Shown here in pieces: positions 34,389 to 42,930 of a stretch of 64,000 bases of DNA; the first letter of the stretch is position 1; each line of letters starts with the position of its first letter. A program made the position numbers and the translations under genes. Below the pieces are notes generated by a model. It had not been told where the DNA came from. It saw only the letters and a list, made by a program, of their open reading frames with translations, and made no database searches. This DNA comes from Clostridia bacterium. Lineage in GTDB: Bacteria > Bacillota > Clostridia > Christensenellales > UBA3700. The stretch is taken from positions 3,076 to 67,075 of the forward strand of contig JAIEDA010000018.1 of assembly GCA_029068165.1 (NCBI GenBank), given 5' to 3'.

Positions 34389-35084
34389 ATGGAAAGATAC
34401 GGAAAGATTAGAGAAAAGAGAAAAAGAGAAATAGTTTTGCTTAGGGGTAGCGGTTGCGCGTACAAAAAATGCGCGTTTTGCGACTATTACTTAGATAGTT
34501 GTAAGAGCGAAAAGGAAAACTTCCTTCTAAATTCCCAAGTATTGCAAAAAGTAGACGGCGAGTTTTCCGATTTGGAAGTCATCAACAGCGGTTCGGTCTT
34601 TGAGCTTGATAAAGACACGCTTGATTTACTAAAGACGATTGCCAAGGACAAGGGTATAAAGACGTTGCATTTCGAAGCGCATTATTTGTACAGGGATAGA
34701 ATACCCGCGCTTAGAAAAGAGTTTGGCGACTTTGACTTGAAGCTGAAGCTCGGTTTAGAAACCTTTGATTACGACTTTAGGGAAACGGTACTCAAAAAGG
34801 GTATTGCGGAAAAAGACCCGCTTGCTATTGCCAAGAATTTTGACGAGGCAAACTTTTTGTTCGGTATAAAGGGACAAACCGTAGAAAGTATGAAAAGAGA
34901 TATAGAGTTGGGGTTGGAGCGTTTCGAACGGATATGCGTCAACATAATGTGCAACAACTCTTCGAGTATAAAACCTGATAGAGAAGTTGTCAGCGCTTTT
35001 GTAAACGAACTTTATCCGAAATACGTCAACGATTATCGTGTGGATATATTGATAGAAAATACTGATTTTGGAGTAGGAGAATAA
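34389..35084 (+). CDS. small radical-SAM-like protein, candidate queuine lyase (QueL-like)
   Basis: 231 aa. The Cys triad GCAYKKCAFCDY is near the N-terminus with CX4CX2C spacing. It starts 1 nt before yhhQ, behind the candidate preQ1 leader. Confidence 0.45.
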   Translation: MERYGKIREKRKREIVLLRGSGCAYKKCAFCDYYLDSCKSEKENFLLNSQVLQKVDGEFSDLEVINSGSVFELDKDTLDLLKTIAKDKGIKTLHFEAHYLYRDRIPALRKEFGDFDLKLKLGLETFDYDFRETVLKKGIAEKDPLAIAKNFDEANFLFGIKGQTVESMKRDIELGLERFERICVNIMCNNSSSIKPDREVVSAFVNELYPKYVNDYRVDILIENTDFGVGE

Positions 35085-35085
35085 A

Positions 35086-35820
35086 ATGAACGAATTTTTA
35101 TTGATAATTTCAGTAGTAGTGATATTCGCGGCTGATTTGCTTGCTTACAAATTTTTCGGCAAGGGCGGATTGTACGTAATGAGCGCGGTCGCAACCATAT
35201 TTGCCAACGTAGAAGCTTTGATACTTGTCAAAGCGTTTGGGATGGAGCAAACCTTGGGCAATATCCTTTTTGCTGCTACGTTCTTGATTACGGATATTTT
35301 ATCCGAGTGCGAGGGAAAGAAATGCGCAAACAAAGCGGTATACATAGGAATTTTCTCGCAGGTGTTTTTCCTGTTGCTTTCGCAAAGCTGGCTGCTATAC
35401 AAGCCGGTAGCTGCGGACGACGAGTTTTTCGCGGCAATCCAGTTGATATTCTCCAATACGCCGAGAATGATTCTAGCTTCGCTTGCAGTCTACGCAATAA
35501 GCCAAATATTCGACGTATGGCTATATCATAAATGGTGGGATTTTACCGAAAAGAAATTCGGCAACCGTCGCGGTTACCTATGGCTTAGAAACAACGGCTC
35601 GACTTTGGTCAGCCAGCTTATAAATACGCTGTTCTTTACGCTGTTTGCATTTATTGGAACATACGACTTCAAGACGTTGCTGTCGATTTTCGGCTCAAGC
35701 TACATAATCTTTATAGTGACGTCGTTGCTTGATACGCCTGCGGTTTATTTGGCGCGTATGATTAAGGAGAAGGGCGGTAAGAAGTTGCAAAAGGCGGATA
35801 CCGACGTTGCGCAACAGTAA
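35086..35820 (+). CDS. yhhQ: queuosine-precursor transporter (YhhQ/VUT family, DUF165)
   Basis: 244 aa with about 6 TM segments. ATFLITDILSE, YAISQIFDVWLYH and NGSTLVSQLINTLFFT are characteristic of YhhQ. Confidence 0.8.
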   Translation: MNEFLLIISVVVIFAADLLAYKFFGKGGLYVMSAVATIFANVEALILVKAFGMEQTLGNILFAATFLITDILSECEGKKCANKAVYIGIFSQVFFLLLSQSWLLYKPVAADDEFFAAIQLIFSNTPRMILASLAVYAISQIFDVWLYHKWWDFTEKKFGNRRGYLWLRNNGSTLVSQLINTLFFTLFAFIGTYDFKTLLSIFGSSYIIFIVTSLLDTPAVYLARMIKEKGGKKLQKADTDVAQQ

Positions 35821-35824
35821 ATTC

Positions 35825-35866
35825 GTCGTTCAGTCGTCAACCTGAGCGTCGTCAAAAAATCTCATA
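35825..35866 (+). repeat. degenerate copy of the dispersed intergenic repeat
   Basis: GTCGTTCAGTCGTCAACCTGAGCGTCGTCAAAAAATCTCATA (compare CGTCACCCTGAG... at 7129 and ...AAATATCTCA). Confidence 0.45.
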
Positions 35867-35879
35867 TTTAGAAAGACCA

Positions 35880-35910
35880 AGCGGAACGCGACTGCGTTCC
35901 GCTATGCATT
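35880..35910 (+). terminator. intrinsic terminator after yhhQ (copy 2 of the duplicated hairpin)
   Basis: AGCGGAACGC-gact-GCGTTCCGCT followed by ATGCATTTTA. Confidence 0.7.
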
Positions 35911-36022
35911 TTAAATATATATGGTTTGGAATCGAAAAAGTGAAATTTCGGCTGATATTGATTTTCTGATTATTTTTTGCTATAATAGCGTTGATATAAC
36001 GCAATGAACGGAGACGAACGAA

Positions 36023-36922
36023 ATGTACAACCCTACGCTTACGACTTTTATAGCGGTGGCGGAAAACGGAAGCTTTACCAAAGCTGCGGATATTCTTTTC
36101 ATTACGCCCACTGCCGTGATGAAGCAAATCAATACTTTGGAAGAAAGACTGGGTATTACTTTGTTTGAGCGTACCAACCACGGTTTGCATTTGAGCGAAG
36201 CGGGCAAGAGTTTTTTGCAGGACGCAAGATATATCAAAGACTATTCCGATAAGGCAATAGAAAAGGCGAAAGATATAGACGACAAATCAAAACAGCAATC
36301 GATAAGAATCGGCACGTCGATTATGACGCCCGTCAAATTTTTGATGGATGAATGGGTGGAAATTCAAAAGTTTAATCCTCGCTTGAAAATCGAACTCGTT
36401 CCGTTTGAGAACACTCCCATAAACTCAGTGGAAATACTCAAAAACCTTGGCAAACATATTGACGTTGTCGCGGGACTTTACGACGATTCCTTCCTTGAAG
36501 AGCGAGGTTGCAAAGCGGCGTATTTATACGATAAGAAATTGCTGTTTGCCATTCCCGTAATTCATCCGCTTTGCGAAAAGTCGAAGATAGAAATCGCGGA
36601 TTTGAAAGGGCAAAAAGTATTGATGATACGCAAGAATTGGAATGAGTACGTAGACCGACTTAGAGAGTACCTAACGACAAACGGCGTAATCGTGGAAGAA
36701 TTCAATTCCTTCAATTTGGCTGCGTATAATAAAGCTGCGCAGGAGAACGCTCCTATAATTACCGTCGAGGGGTGGCAGGACGTGCATCCGCTTCTCAAAA
36801 TTATTCCCGCCGATTGGGAATATAGCGTTCCGTTTGGGATTTTGTATTCGCCAACGCCGACCAAACAGGTAAAAGATTTTATAGATACGCTTATAAAAAT
36901 AAATAAAGATAAGCAAGCTTAG
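36023..36922 (+). CDS. LysR-family transcriptional regulator
   Basis: The N-terminal wHTH LTTFIAVAENGSFTKAADILFITPTAVMKQINTLEERLGITLFER, with a substrate-binding C-terminal domain. Confidence 0.9.
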   Translation: MYNPTLTTFIAVAENGSFTKAADILFITPTAVMKQINTLEERLGITLFERTNHGLHLSEAGKSFLQDARYIKDYSDKAIEKAKDIDDKSKQQSIRIGTSIMTPVKFLMDEWVEIQKFNPRLKIELVPFENTPINSVEILKNLGKHIDVVAGLYDDSFLEERGCKAAYLYDKKLLFAIPVIHPLCEKSKIEIADLKGQKVLMIRKNWNEYVDRLREYLTTNGVIVEEFNSFNLAAYNKAAQENAPIITVEGWQDVHPLLKIIPADWEYSVPFGILYSPTPTKQVKDFIDTLIKINKDKQA

Positions 36923-36963
36923 CAAGCAATATTCTACTTTTTAAATTTATTTGTATAAACTTT

Positions 36964-36982
36964 TAGTTCATACACTGAACTA
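36964..36982. promoter_or_regulatory. perfect palindrome, candidate LysR-type binding site
   Basis: TAGTTCA-tacac-TGAACTA lies between the LysR gene and the AKR gene. It fits the T-N11-A LysR-box architecture. Confidence 0.5.
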
Positions 36983-37056
36983 TTTTGAAATTCCTATTTT
37001 GCTTTCAATAGGTTATACTTATACCGTAAAGAAAAGCAATTAGGAGGAACTTTTTT

Positions 37057-37914
37057 ATGGAATACGTAACTTTACACAACGGCGTTAAAATGCCCAAACT
37101 CGGATACGGAGTGTATCAGGTAAGCAAAGAAGAATGCGAGCGTTGCGTACTCGACGCGCTGAAAGTAGGTTACCGTCATATCGATACTGCGCAAAACTAT
37201 TTCAATGAAGAAGAAGTCGGAAACGCTATCAAAAAATCGGGTATTGCTCGCGAAGAGATTTTTATTACGAGCAAAGTTTGGATTGAGCATTACGGCTATG
37301 AACAAACGAAGAAATCAATCTACGAATCTATGCAAAAATTGAAAGTAGACTATATAGACCTAATGCTCTTGCATCAGCCGTTCAACGATTATTACGGCGC
37401 GTGGCGCGCTTTAGAGGACGCTTACGCCGAGGGAAAAATCAAGGCTATAGGAATATCCAACTTTTATCCCGATAGAATGGTCGACCTTGCGTCGTTTGCG
37501 CGTATCAAGCCTATGGTCAATCAGGTGGAAACGCACCCGTTTAATCAACAAATCGAAGCGCAAAGCTGGATGAAAAAATACGGTATCCAAATAGAGGCGT
37601 GGGCGCCGTTCGGCGAAGGTCGCGGCGGAATGTTCGCCAACGAAACTATTGCTAAGATAGCCGCAAAATACAATAAGAGCGTCGCGCAGGTTATACTTCG
37701 CTGGGAGTTGCAACGAGATATCGTCGTAATTCCTAAGTCGACTCACATTGAGAGAATGGAAGAAAACTTCAACGTATTTGATTTTACGCTATCAAAAGAG
37801 GATATGCAGGTAATGGCAAGCCTTGACAAAAAGCAAAGTTCTTTCTTTTCGCATACCGACCCCGCTATGGTCGAATGGTTTGTGAAAATGATTGACGAAC
37901 GTAGAAAAAAGTAG
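37057..37914 (+). CDS. aldo/keto reductase
   Basis: GYRHIDTAQNY, SKVW, LMLLHQP, GISNF and IPKS, the canonical AKR catalytic-tetrad context. Confidence 0.9.
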   Translation: MEYVTLHNGVKMPKLGYGVYQVSKEECERCVLDALKVGYRHIDTAQNYFNEEEVGNAIKKSGIAREEIFITSKVWIEHYGYEQTKKSIYESMQKLKVDYIDLMLLHQPFNDYYGAWRALEDAYAEGKIKAIGISNFYPDRMVDLASFARIKPMVNQVETHPFNQQIEAQSWMKKYGIQIEAWAPFGEGRGGMFANETIAKIAAKYNKSVAQVILRWELQRDIVVIPKSTHIERMEENFNVFDFTLSKEDMQVMASLDKKQSSFFSHTDPAMVEWFVKMIDERRKK

Positions 37915-37924
37915 GTGATAAAAG

Positions 37925-38560
37925 ATGACGGCGAAGAAATTTTTTAAGATATTTATTTGTATTTTTACGTGCGCGCTTGTAGCGACGCTTGCGGTGGCTT
38001 GCAGCGGCGATGACGGCGGAGATAATCCTTCGTCGGGCGATTTTGTGAGTTCGTCCGGAGTGAACGGGGAAAGCAACGTTCTAGTCGTATATTTTTCGGC
38101 GACGAACAACACTGAGAACGTAGCCAAAAATATCGCTGAAGCAACGGGTGGAGCGACGTTTGAATTGATACCCGTCAATCCCTATTTGAGCGCTGATCTA
38201 AACTACAACAATTCAAATAGCCGCGTTTCGCGAGAGCATAACGACGAAAGCTTAAGAAATATAGAATTAGTATCTACTACCGTAGAAAATTGGGAAAGTT
38301 ACGATACGATATTTATCGGCTATCCGATATGGTGGGGAATTGCGGCTTGGCCCGTAAACGGCTTCGTTAAGAACAACGACTTTACCGGCAAAACGGTTAT
38401 TCCGTTTGCGACGTCGGCAAGCTCCGGTCTTGGGCAAAGCGGAACGTTGCTAGCGGAAATGGCAGGTACGGGAAATTGGTTGACGGGACGGCGTTTTTCT
38501 TCAAGCGCGTCGCAAAGCTCCGTTACGTCTTGGTTGCGGGAACTTGGCTATGTAAAGTAA
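37925..38560 (+). CDS. flavodoxin-fold protein with a lipoprotein signal peptide
   Basis: Lipobox LAVAC at residues 22-26, then a Gly/Ser linker. The flavodoxin motif VLVVYFSATNNTENVA and IFIGYPIWWG follow. Confidence 0.75.
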   Translation: MTAKKFFKIFICIFTCALVATLAVACSGDDGGDNPSSGDFVSSSGVNGESNVLVVYFSATNNTENVAKNIAEATGGATFELIPVNPYLSADLNYNNSNSRVSREHNDESLRNIELVSTTVENWESYDTIFIGYPIWWGIAAWPVNGFVKNNDFTGKTVIPFATSASSGLGQSGTLLAEMAGTGNWLTGRRFSSSASQSSVTSWLRELGYVK

Positions 38561-38596
38561 AACTGTCTTATACTTCACACCTTTCTATATATGACG

Positions 38597-38628
38597 AACG
38601 GGAAGCGTTTTGCTTCCCGTTTGATTTT
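38597..38628 (+). terminator. intrinsic terminator
   Basis: AACGGGAAGC-gtttt-GCTTCCCGTT followed by TGATTTT. Confidence 0.75.
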
Positions 38629-38642
38629 ATAGTTCGCGTCGG

Positions 38643-40628
38643 TTACTTTGACAGGAGTTCTTCTTTATAAGTCTTGGCTTGGTCGAGGATCTTTTCCAAA
38701 TACTCGGCGTCGTGCTTAAACGTAGGAACGAGCGTCTTGAGTTGTTCAACTACCGCGCGCTTATCGTTGGTCACGCAAATAGAACGCATTTTCTCCAGTT
38801 CTTCAGTGAACTTGTCTACGTCCAAAGTCATTTGCTGTCCGACGAAAATCTTTTCGTTGGCAGTCTTTTTCAAACCTTCTTCGCTCATAAGAAGTTCTTC
38901 AAACAGCTTTTCGCCCGGTCTTAATCCCGTGAATACTATATCGATATCGATATAAGGTCTAAGTCCCATAAGCGTGATGAGATTTTCGGCAAGCGTGACG
39001 ATTTTGACTTGCTGACCCATATCGAGTACGAATATCTCGCCGCCGTGCGCAAAAGTTCCCGCTTGCAAAACGAGGCTAACGGCTTCGGGGATAGTCATAA
39101 AGTATCTTATTATGTCGGGGTGGGTTACGGTTACGGGACCGCCGTTTTCAATTTGTTTCATAAACAGCGGAATAACCGAGCCGTTACTGCCCAAGACGTT
39201 GCCGAACCTTACCGCCGCAAACTCAGTCTTTGAACCCTTTTGCGCCATCATTTGGACGATTTCTTCGCAGCAGCGTTTGGTTGCGCCCATAACGTTGGTC
39301 GGGTTGACGGCTTTGTCGGTGGATATCATTATGAATTTTTGTACATTGTGCTTGTCCGCTAGTTTTACTAGGTTGTAAGTGCCGAATACGTTGTTCTTAA
39401 CCGCTTCTTCGGGCACGGTTTCCATCAGCGGAACGTGTTTGTGAGCGGCGGCGTGGAATATGATTTGAGGTCTAAATTCCAAGAATAGCTCGTCCATTTT
39501 ATCGTAGTCGGTGATGGACACGATTTCCACGTGCAAATCGTAATCGGCTCCGTACGCCCTAAGAAGTTCCTGTTGGATATTGTAAGCGCTGTTTTCGTAG
39601 ATGTCGACGATAACTATACGTCTAGGCTTGTATTTAGCGATTTGACGGCACAGCTCCGAGCCTATCGAACCGCCTCCGCCTGTGATCATTACGATTTTAT
39701 CGTAGATATAGCTAGCTACGCCCATATCGTCGAAAGTAATTTGCGCTCTTCCCAGCAAGTCGCCGATATTTATATCGCGCATTTGCTTTGTGATGTTGAC
39801 GTTTTCAATCATTTCGCTCATATACGGCAAAACTTTGACGTTGCACTTGGTTGCGTAACAGTCTTTCAAGATTTGCTGACGGACGTCGCCGCCGAGCGAG
39901 GGGATAGCGAATATAATCGTATCGATAGTATATTTTTGCACGCAAATAGCGAGCTCTTTGGTATTGCCTACGACTTCTATTTCATTGATGATTCTTCCCA
40001 ATTTGTCAGGGTCGTCGTCAATAAGGCAAATAGGTTCGTATATGCTATCTTGACGGGAAATCTCTTCCAATATGACGCTTGCCGTATATCCCGCGCCGAT
40101 TATCATCGTACGTTTTCTCTTGCCGACGTCGAGTTTATCTCTTTGTCTTGCGTAAACGAATTCGTATAATATCCTTATAAGAATAATAGAAGAGGTGGAG
40201 AACATACCAAGCATAACGTACGCAGGGTAGATAATTTGCTTAAACGTAACGATTGTGCCCACTTGGTGCGTGCTCGTAATATCAATGAACTTGCAAACTT
40301 GATCGAGTATTGCAAATGCGACGGTGGCGGTTACGCACGATCCTACGATACGAAGATAATCTTTACCTCTAGCGTATCTCCAAACGACTTTAAAAACTCT
40401 AAACGCTATAAACGTAATGGCGAAAAGCGCAATAATGACGGGTATTCCCCAAAACGCGTTTTTCAATATTGTTTGAATATTTATTCCCTGTTGAGGTAAA
40501 TACGCCTGCGAAAAGACTACCGCCGCCATATAGCATATAATAGCCGTTATGAGGTCTACCGCTAAAATTCCCCATTCTCTTAGAGTGCGGATAGTAAAAG
40601 ATTTCGTCTTTAGTTTGGGTCGTTTCAT
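38643..40628 (-). CDS. membrane-bound nucleotide-sugar 4,6-dehydratase/epimerase (CapD/PglF/WbpM family)
   Basis: 661 aa with four N-terminal TM helices and two Rossmann regions (IIGAGYTAS; ITGGGGSIGSEL). The SDR Yxxx K region is present. Confidence 0.85.
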   Translation of the reverse strand: MKRPKLKTKSFTIRTLREWGILAVDLITAIICYMAAVVFSQAYLPQQGINIQTILKNAFWGIPVIIALFAITFIAFRVFKVVWRYARGKDYLRIVGSCVTATVAFAILDQVCKFIDITSTHQVGTIVTFKQIIYPAYVMLGMFSTSSIILIRILYEFVYARQRDKLDVGKRKRTMIIGAGYTASVILEEISRQDSIYEPICLIDDDPDKLGRIINEIEVVGNTKELAICVQKYTIDTIIFAIPSLGGDVRQQILKDCYATKCNVKVLPYMSEMIENVNITKQMRDINIGDLLGRAQITFDDMGVASYIYDKIVMITGGGGSIGSELCRQIAKYKPRRIVIVDIYENSAYNIQQELLRAYGADYDLHVEIVSITDYDKMDELFLEFRPQIIFHAAAHKHVPLMETVPEEAVKNNVFGTYNLVKLADKHNVQKFIMISTDKAVNPTNVMGATKRCCEEIVQMMAQKGSKTEFAAVRFGNVLGSNGSVIPLFMKQIENGGPVTVTHPDIIRYFMTIPEAVSLVLQAGTFAHGGEIFVLDMGQQVKIVTLAENLITLMGLRPYIDIDIVFTGLRPGEKLFEELLMSEEGLKKTANEKIFVGQQMTLDVDKFTEELEKMRSICVTNDKRAVVEQLKTLVPTFKHDAEYLEKILDQAKTYKEELLSK

Positions 40629-40634
40629 ACCGTT

Positions 40635-41648
40635 TTACTCTCCGTAACCGTTAGGATTTTGGCTTTGCCATCTCCAGCTGTCCTCGCACATATCTTTGAG
40701 GTCATACTTACATTCAAAGCCGAGTTCTTTTTTAGCCAGCGCGGTGGAAGCGAAACATTCAGCGATATCGCCGCTGCGTCTTTCGACTATGGCGTAAGGC
40801 ACTTTTCTTCCGCTTGCCGCCTCAAACGCTTTGACCATATCAAGTACGCTGTAGCCTTTGCCCGTGCCGAGGTTGTAAATAACCAAACCTGAGTTTGTAG
40901 CGAGTTTCTTAAGCGCCAAAATATGTCCGCGAGCAAGATCGAGCACGTGGATATAATCTCTCACGCCTGTGCCGTCGTGGGTAGGGTAGTCGTTGCCGAA
41001 AACGCTGAGCTGCTTGAGCTTTCCGATAGCCACTTGAGTGATATACGGCATAAGGTTGTTTGGAATTCCGTTGGGGTCTTCGCCGATAAGTCCGCTCTTA
41101 TGCGCTCCGATAGGATTGAAATAGCGAAGCAACGCGATATTGAAAGTCTTGTCCGCCTTGTAAATATCTTTCAAAATTCCCTCGATGTATAGCTTCGTCG
41201 AACCGTACGGATTGGTAGTAGATAGAGGGAAGTCCTCCAAAATAGGCACGGTCTTAGGCTGACCGTAAACGGTTGCCGAAGAGGAGAATACGAGATTTTT
41301 ACAGCCGAACTCTTTCATTACCTGTACAAGATTTAGCGTGCTTATCAAGTTGTTTTGATAGTACTCGAGCGGTTTTTGGCAGGATTCGCCCACGGCCTTA
41401 AGTCCTGCAAAGTGTATGCAAGCTTCGATACTTTCGTTTTTGAAGACCTCGCGAAGTTTGTCAATATCGCAAAGGTCGTATTGATAAAATTTGATTTTCT
41501 TGCCGACAATTTTCTCAACTCTTTCTACGGCAGTCTTTTTGCTATTGCAAAGATTGTCTACAATTATCGGTTCATAACCGTTTTCGATAAGTTCAATTAC
41601 CGTATGCGAGCCGATATATCCGGCTCCGCCCGTTACCAAAACGCTCAT
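40635..41648 (-). CDS. galE: UDP-glucose 4-epimerase
   Basis: VLVTGGAGYIGSHT, SSSATVYG, YGSTKLYIE and RDYIHV. Confidence 0.9.
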   Translation of the reverse strand: MSVLVTGGAGYIGSHTVIELIENGYEPIIVDNLCNSKKTAVERVEKIVGKKIKFYQYDLCDIDKLREVFKNESIEACIHFAGLKAVGESCQKPLEYYQNNLISTLNLVQVMKEFGCKNLVFSSSATVYGQPKTVPILEDFPLSTTNPYGSTKLYIEGILKDIYKADKTFNIALLRYFNPIGAHKSGLIGEDPNGIPNNLMPYITQVAIGKLKQLSVFGNDYPTHDGTGVRDYIHVLDLARGHILALKKLATNSGLVIYNLGTGKGYSVLDMVKAFEAASGRKVPYAIVERRSGDIAECFASTALAKKELGFECKYDLKDMCEDSWRWQSQNPNGYGE

Positions 41649-41664
41649 TTTAATTCTCCTTATA

Positions 41665-42750
41665 TTATAATTTACAATTTCTTGCTATTTCTAACAGTTT
41701 GTCGCTCATTTGCTCCATTATCCCTACGAGCTTAAACTGCGTGCGGCATCTTACGAGGTTGTGCTCAGCGTATTTTGTCTTGAAGTATTCGTCGCCGTCA
41801 AGATAGTCGGTGAGGAATCTTATTCCGCACTCGAGCGTTATGATTATTGCGCCCAAGTGGAGCATATCTATCTCTTTTTGCGTAATTTTATCTCCGATAC
41901 CTTTCAAAAAGCCCTTGCAAAACGCTTCATAGAGCGATACGTTGAAATCCACTTTAGAAAGGTCGCGTTCATCCTCTTCGGCGGTGTTGCACCCCGAGCG
42001 AATGGAGTCGCCGAAGTCATATAAAAGACTGCCCGGCATAATCGTGTCTAGGTCTATAACGCAAATAGCTTTGCCGCTTGCTTTGTCGATAAGTACGTTG
42101 TTTATCTTCGTGTCGTTATGCGTAACGCGCAATGGTATTTGCTTTTTATCGAGCGCGTCGACGATAGCCGAAAGCATATCCTTGTGCGCTTTAACGAAAG
42201 CGATTTCTTGCTCGGCATTTTTAGCTCTTTTCATTTTATCCGCTTCCAACGAAGCCGAGAATTTGCGATACCTGTCTACCGTGTTGTGGAAGTTGGGAAT
42301 TACTTCGACTAGCGTGCTTGCGTCGAAGCCGTCCAATCTTGCGATAAACTTTCCGAAAGCTTCGCCCGTGTTTTGGAAAATAGTCGGGGAAGAGATGACT
42401 TGATAGACTTCGGTATTTTCTACGAATATGTAAGCTCTCCAACAGTCTTCGCCGTCCATATAGTACGTTTTTCCGTCCAAAGTAGGCACTAGAGTCATAC
42501 ATTCTCTTTTAGCGTCGCCGCCTTCATTGACGATGATCTCGCGCAAAGACGAAGTAACCTTGAGGATATTGTCCATAAGTCCGACGTAGTTTTTGAAAAC
42601 TTTGGTGTTGAGTCTTTGTAGAATAAACTTATTATCGCTTTTTTCAAGCGTAATCAAATAAGTATCGTTGATATGTCCGTTGCCGTGCGGCGTTGCGGAA
42701 ACTGCTTTTCCGCCAAAGTTGAAAAACTGAGTTATTTCTATTGCATTCAT
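41665..42750 (-). CDS. nahK: N-acetylhexosamine 1-kinase-like phosphotransferase (NahK/LnpB family)
   Basis: 361 aa with GNGHINDTYLITL...FILQRLNTKVF and VTHNDTKINNVLID...VIDLDT (APH-type catalytic loop). It resembles the Bifidobacterium NahK layout. Confidence 0.7.
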   Translation of the reverse strand: MNAIEITQFFNFGGKAVSATPHGNGHINDTYLITLEKSDNKFILQRLNTKVFKNYVGLMDNILKVTSSLREIIVNEGGDAKRECMTLVPTLDGKTYYMDGEDCWRAYIFVENTEVYQVISSPTIFQNTGEAFGKFIARLDGFDASTLVEVIPNFHNTVDRYRKFSASLEADKMKRAKNAEQEIAFVKAHKDMLSAIVDALDKKQIPLRVTHNDTKINNVLIDKASGKAICVIDLDTIMPGSLLYDFGDSIRSGCNTAEEDERDLSKVDFNVSLYEAFCKGFLKGIGDKITQKEIDMLHLGAIIITLECGIRFLTDYLDGDEYFKTKYAEHNLVRCRTQFKLVGIMEQMSDKLLEIARNCKL

Positions 42751-42930
42751 AAAGTGTCCTTTGCGTTTATTGCAAATAAAGATTTTTATATATCAATATA
42801 TGAAAATAAATCTATATTTGCTATATAAAAATCTCAATTTACTGCGTCGTGGTTTTGCCGCGTTACGCGTTATAAGTTTTTTGCTACGCGCGAGGTAATC
42901 TCACGCGTAGCAATTCAATCAGCTTATATT

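Noticed and set aside
42881-42913. Hairpin TTGCTACGCG-N13-CGCGTAGCAA as terminator of the lipoprotein gene
   Set aside because: The stem is perfect (10 bp). In the direction of transcription (minus strand) it is followed by an A-tract rather than a U-tract, so it is not listed as a terminator. It may still be an RNA-stability element.
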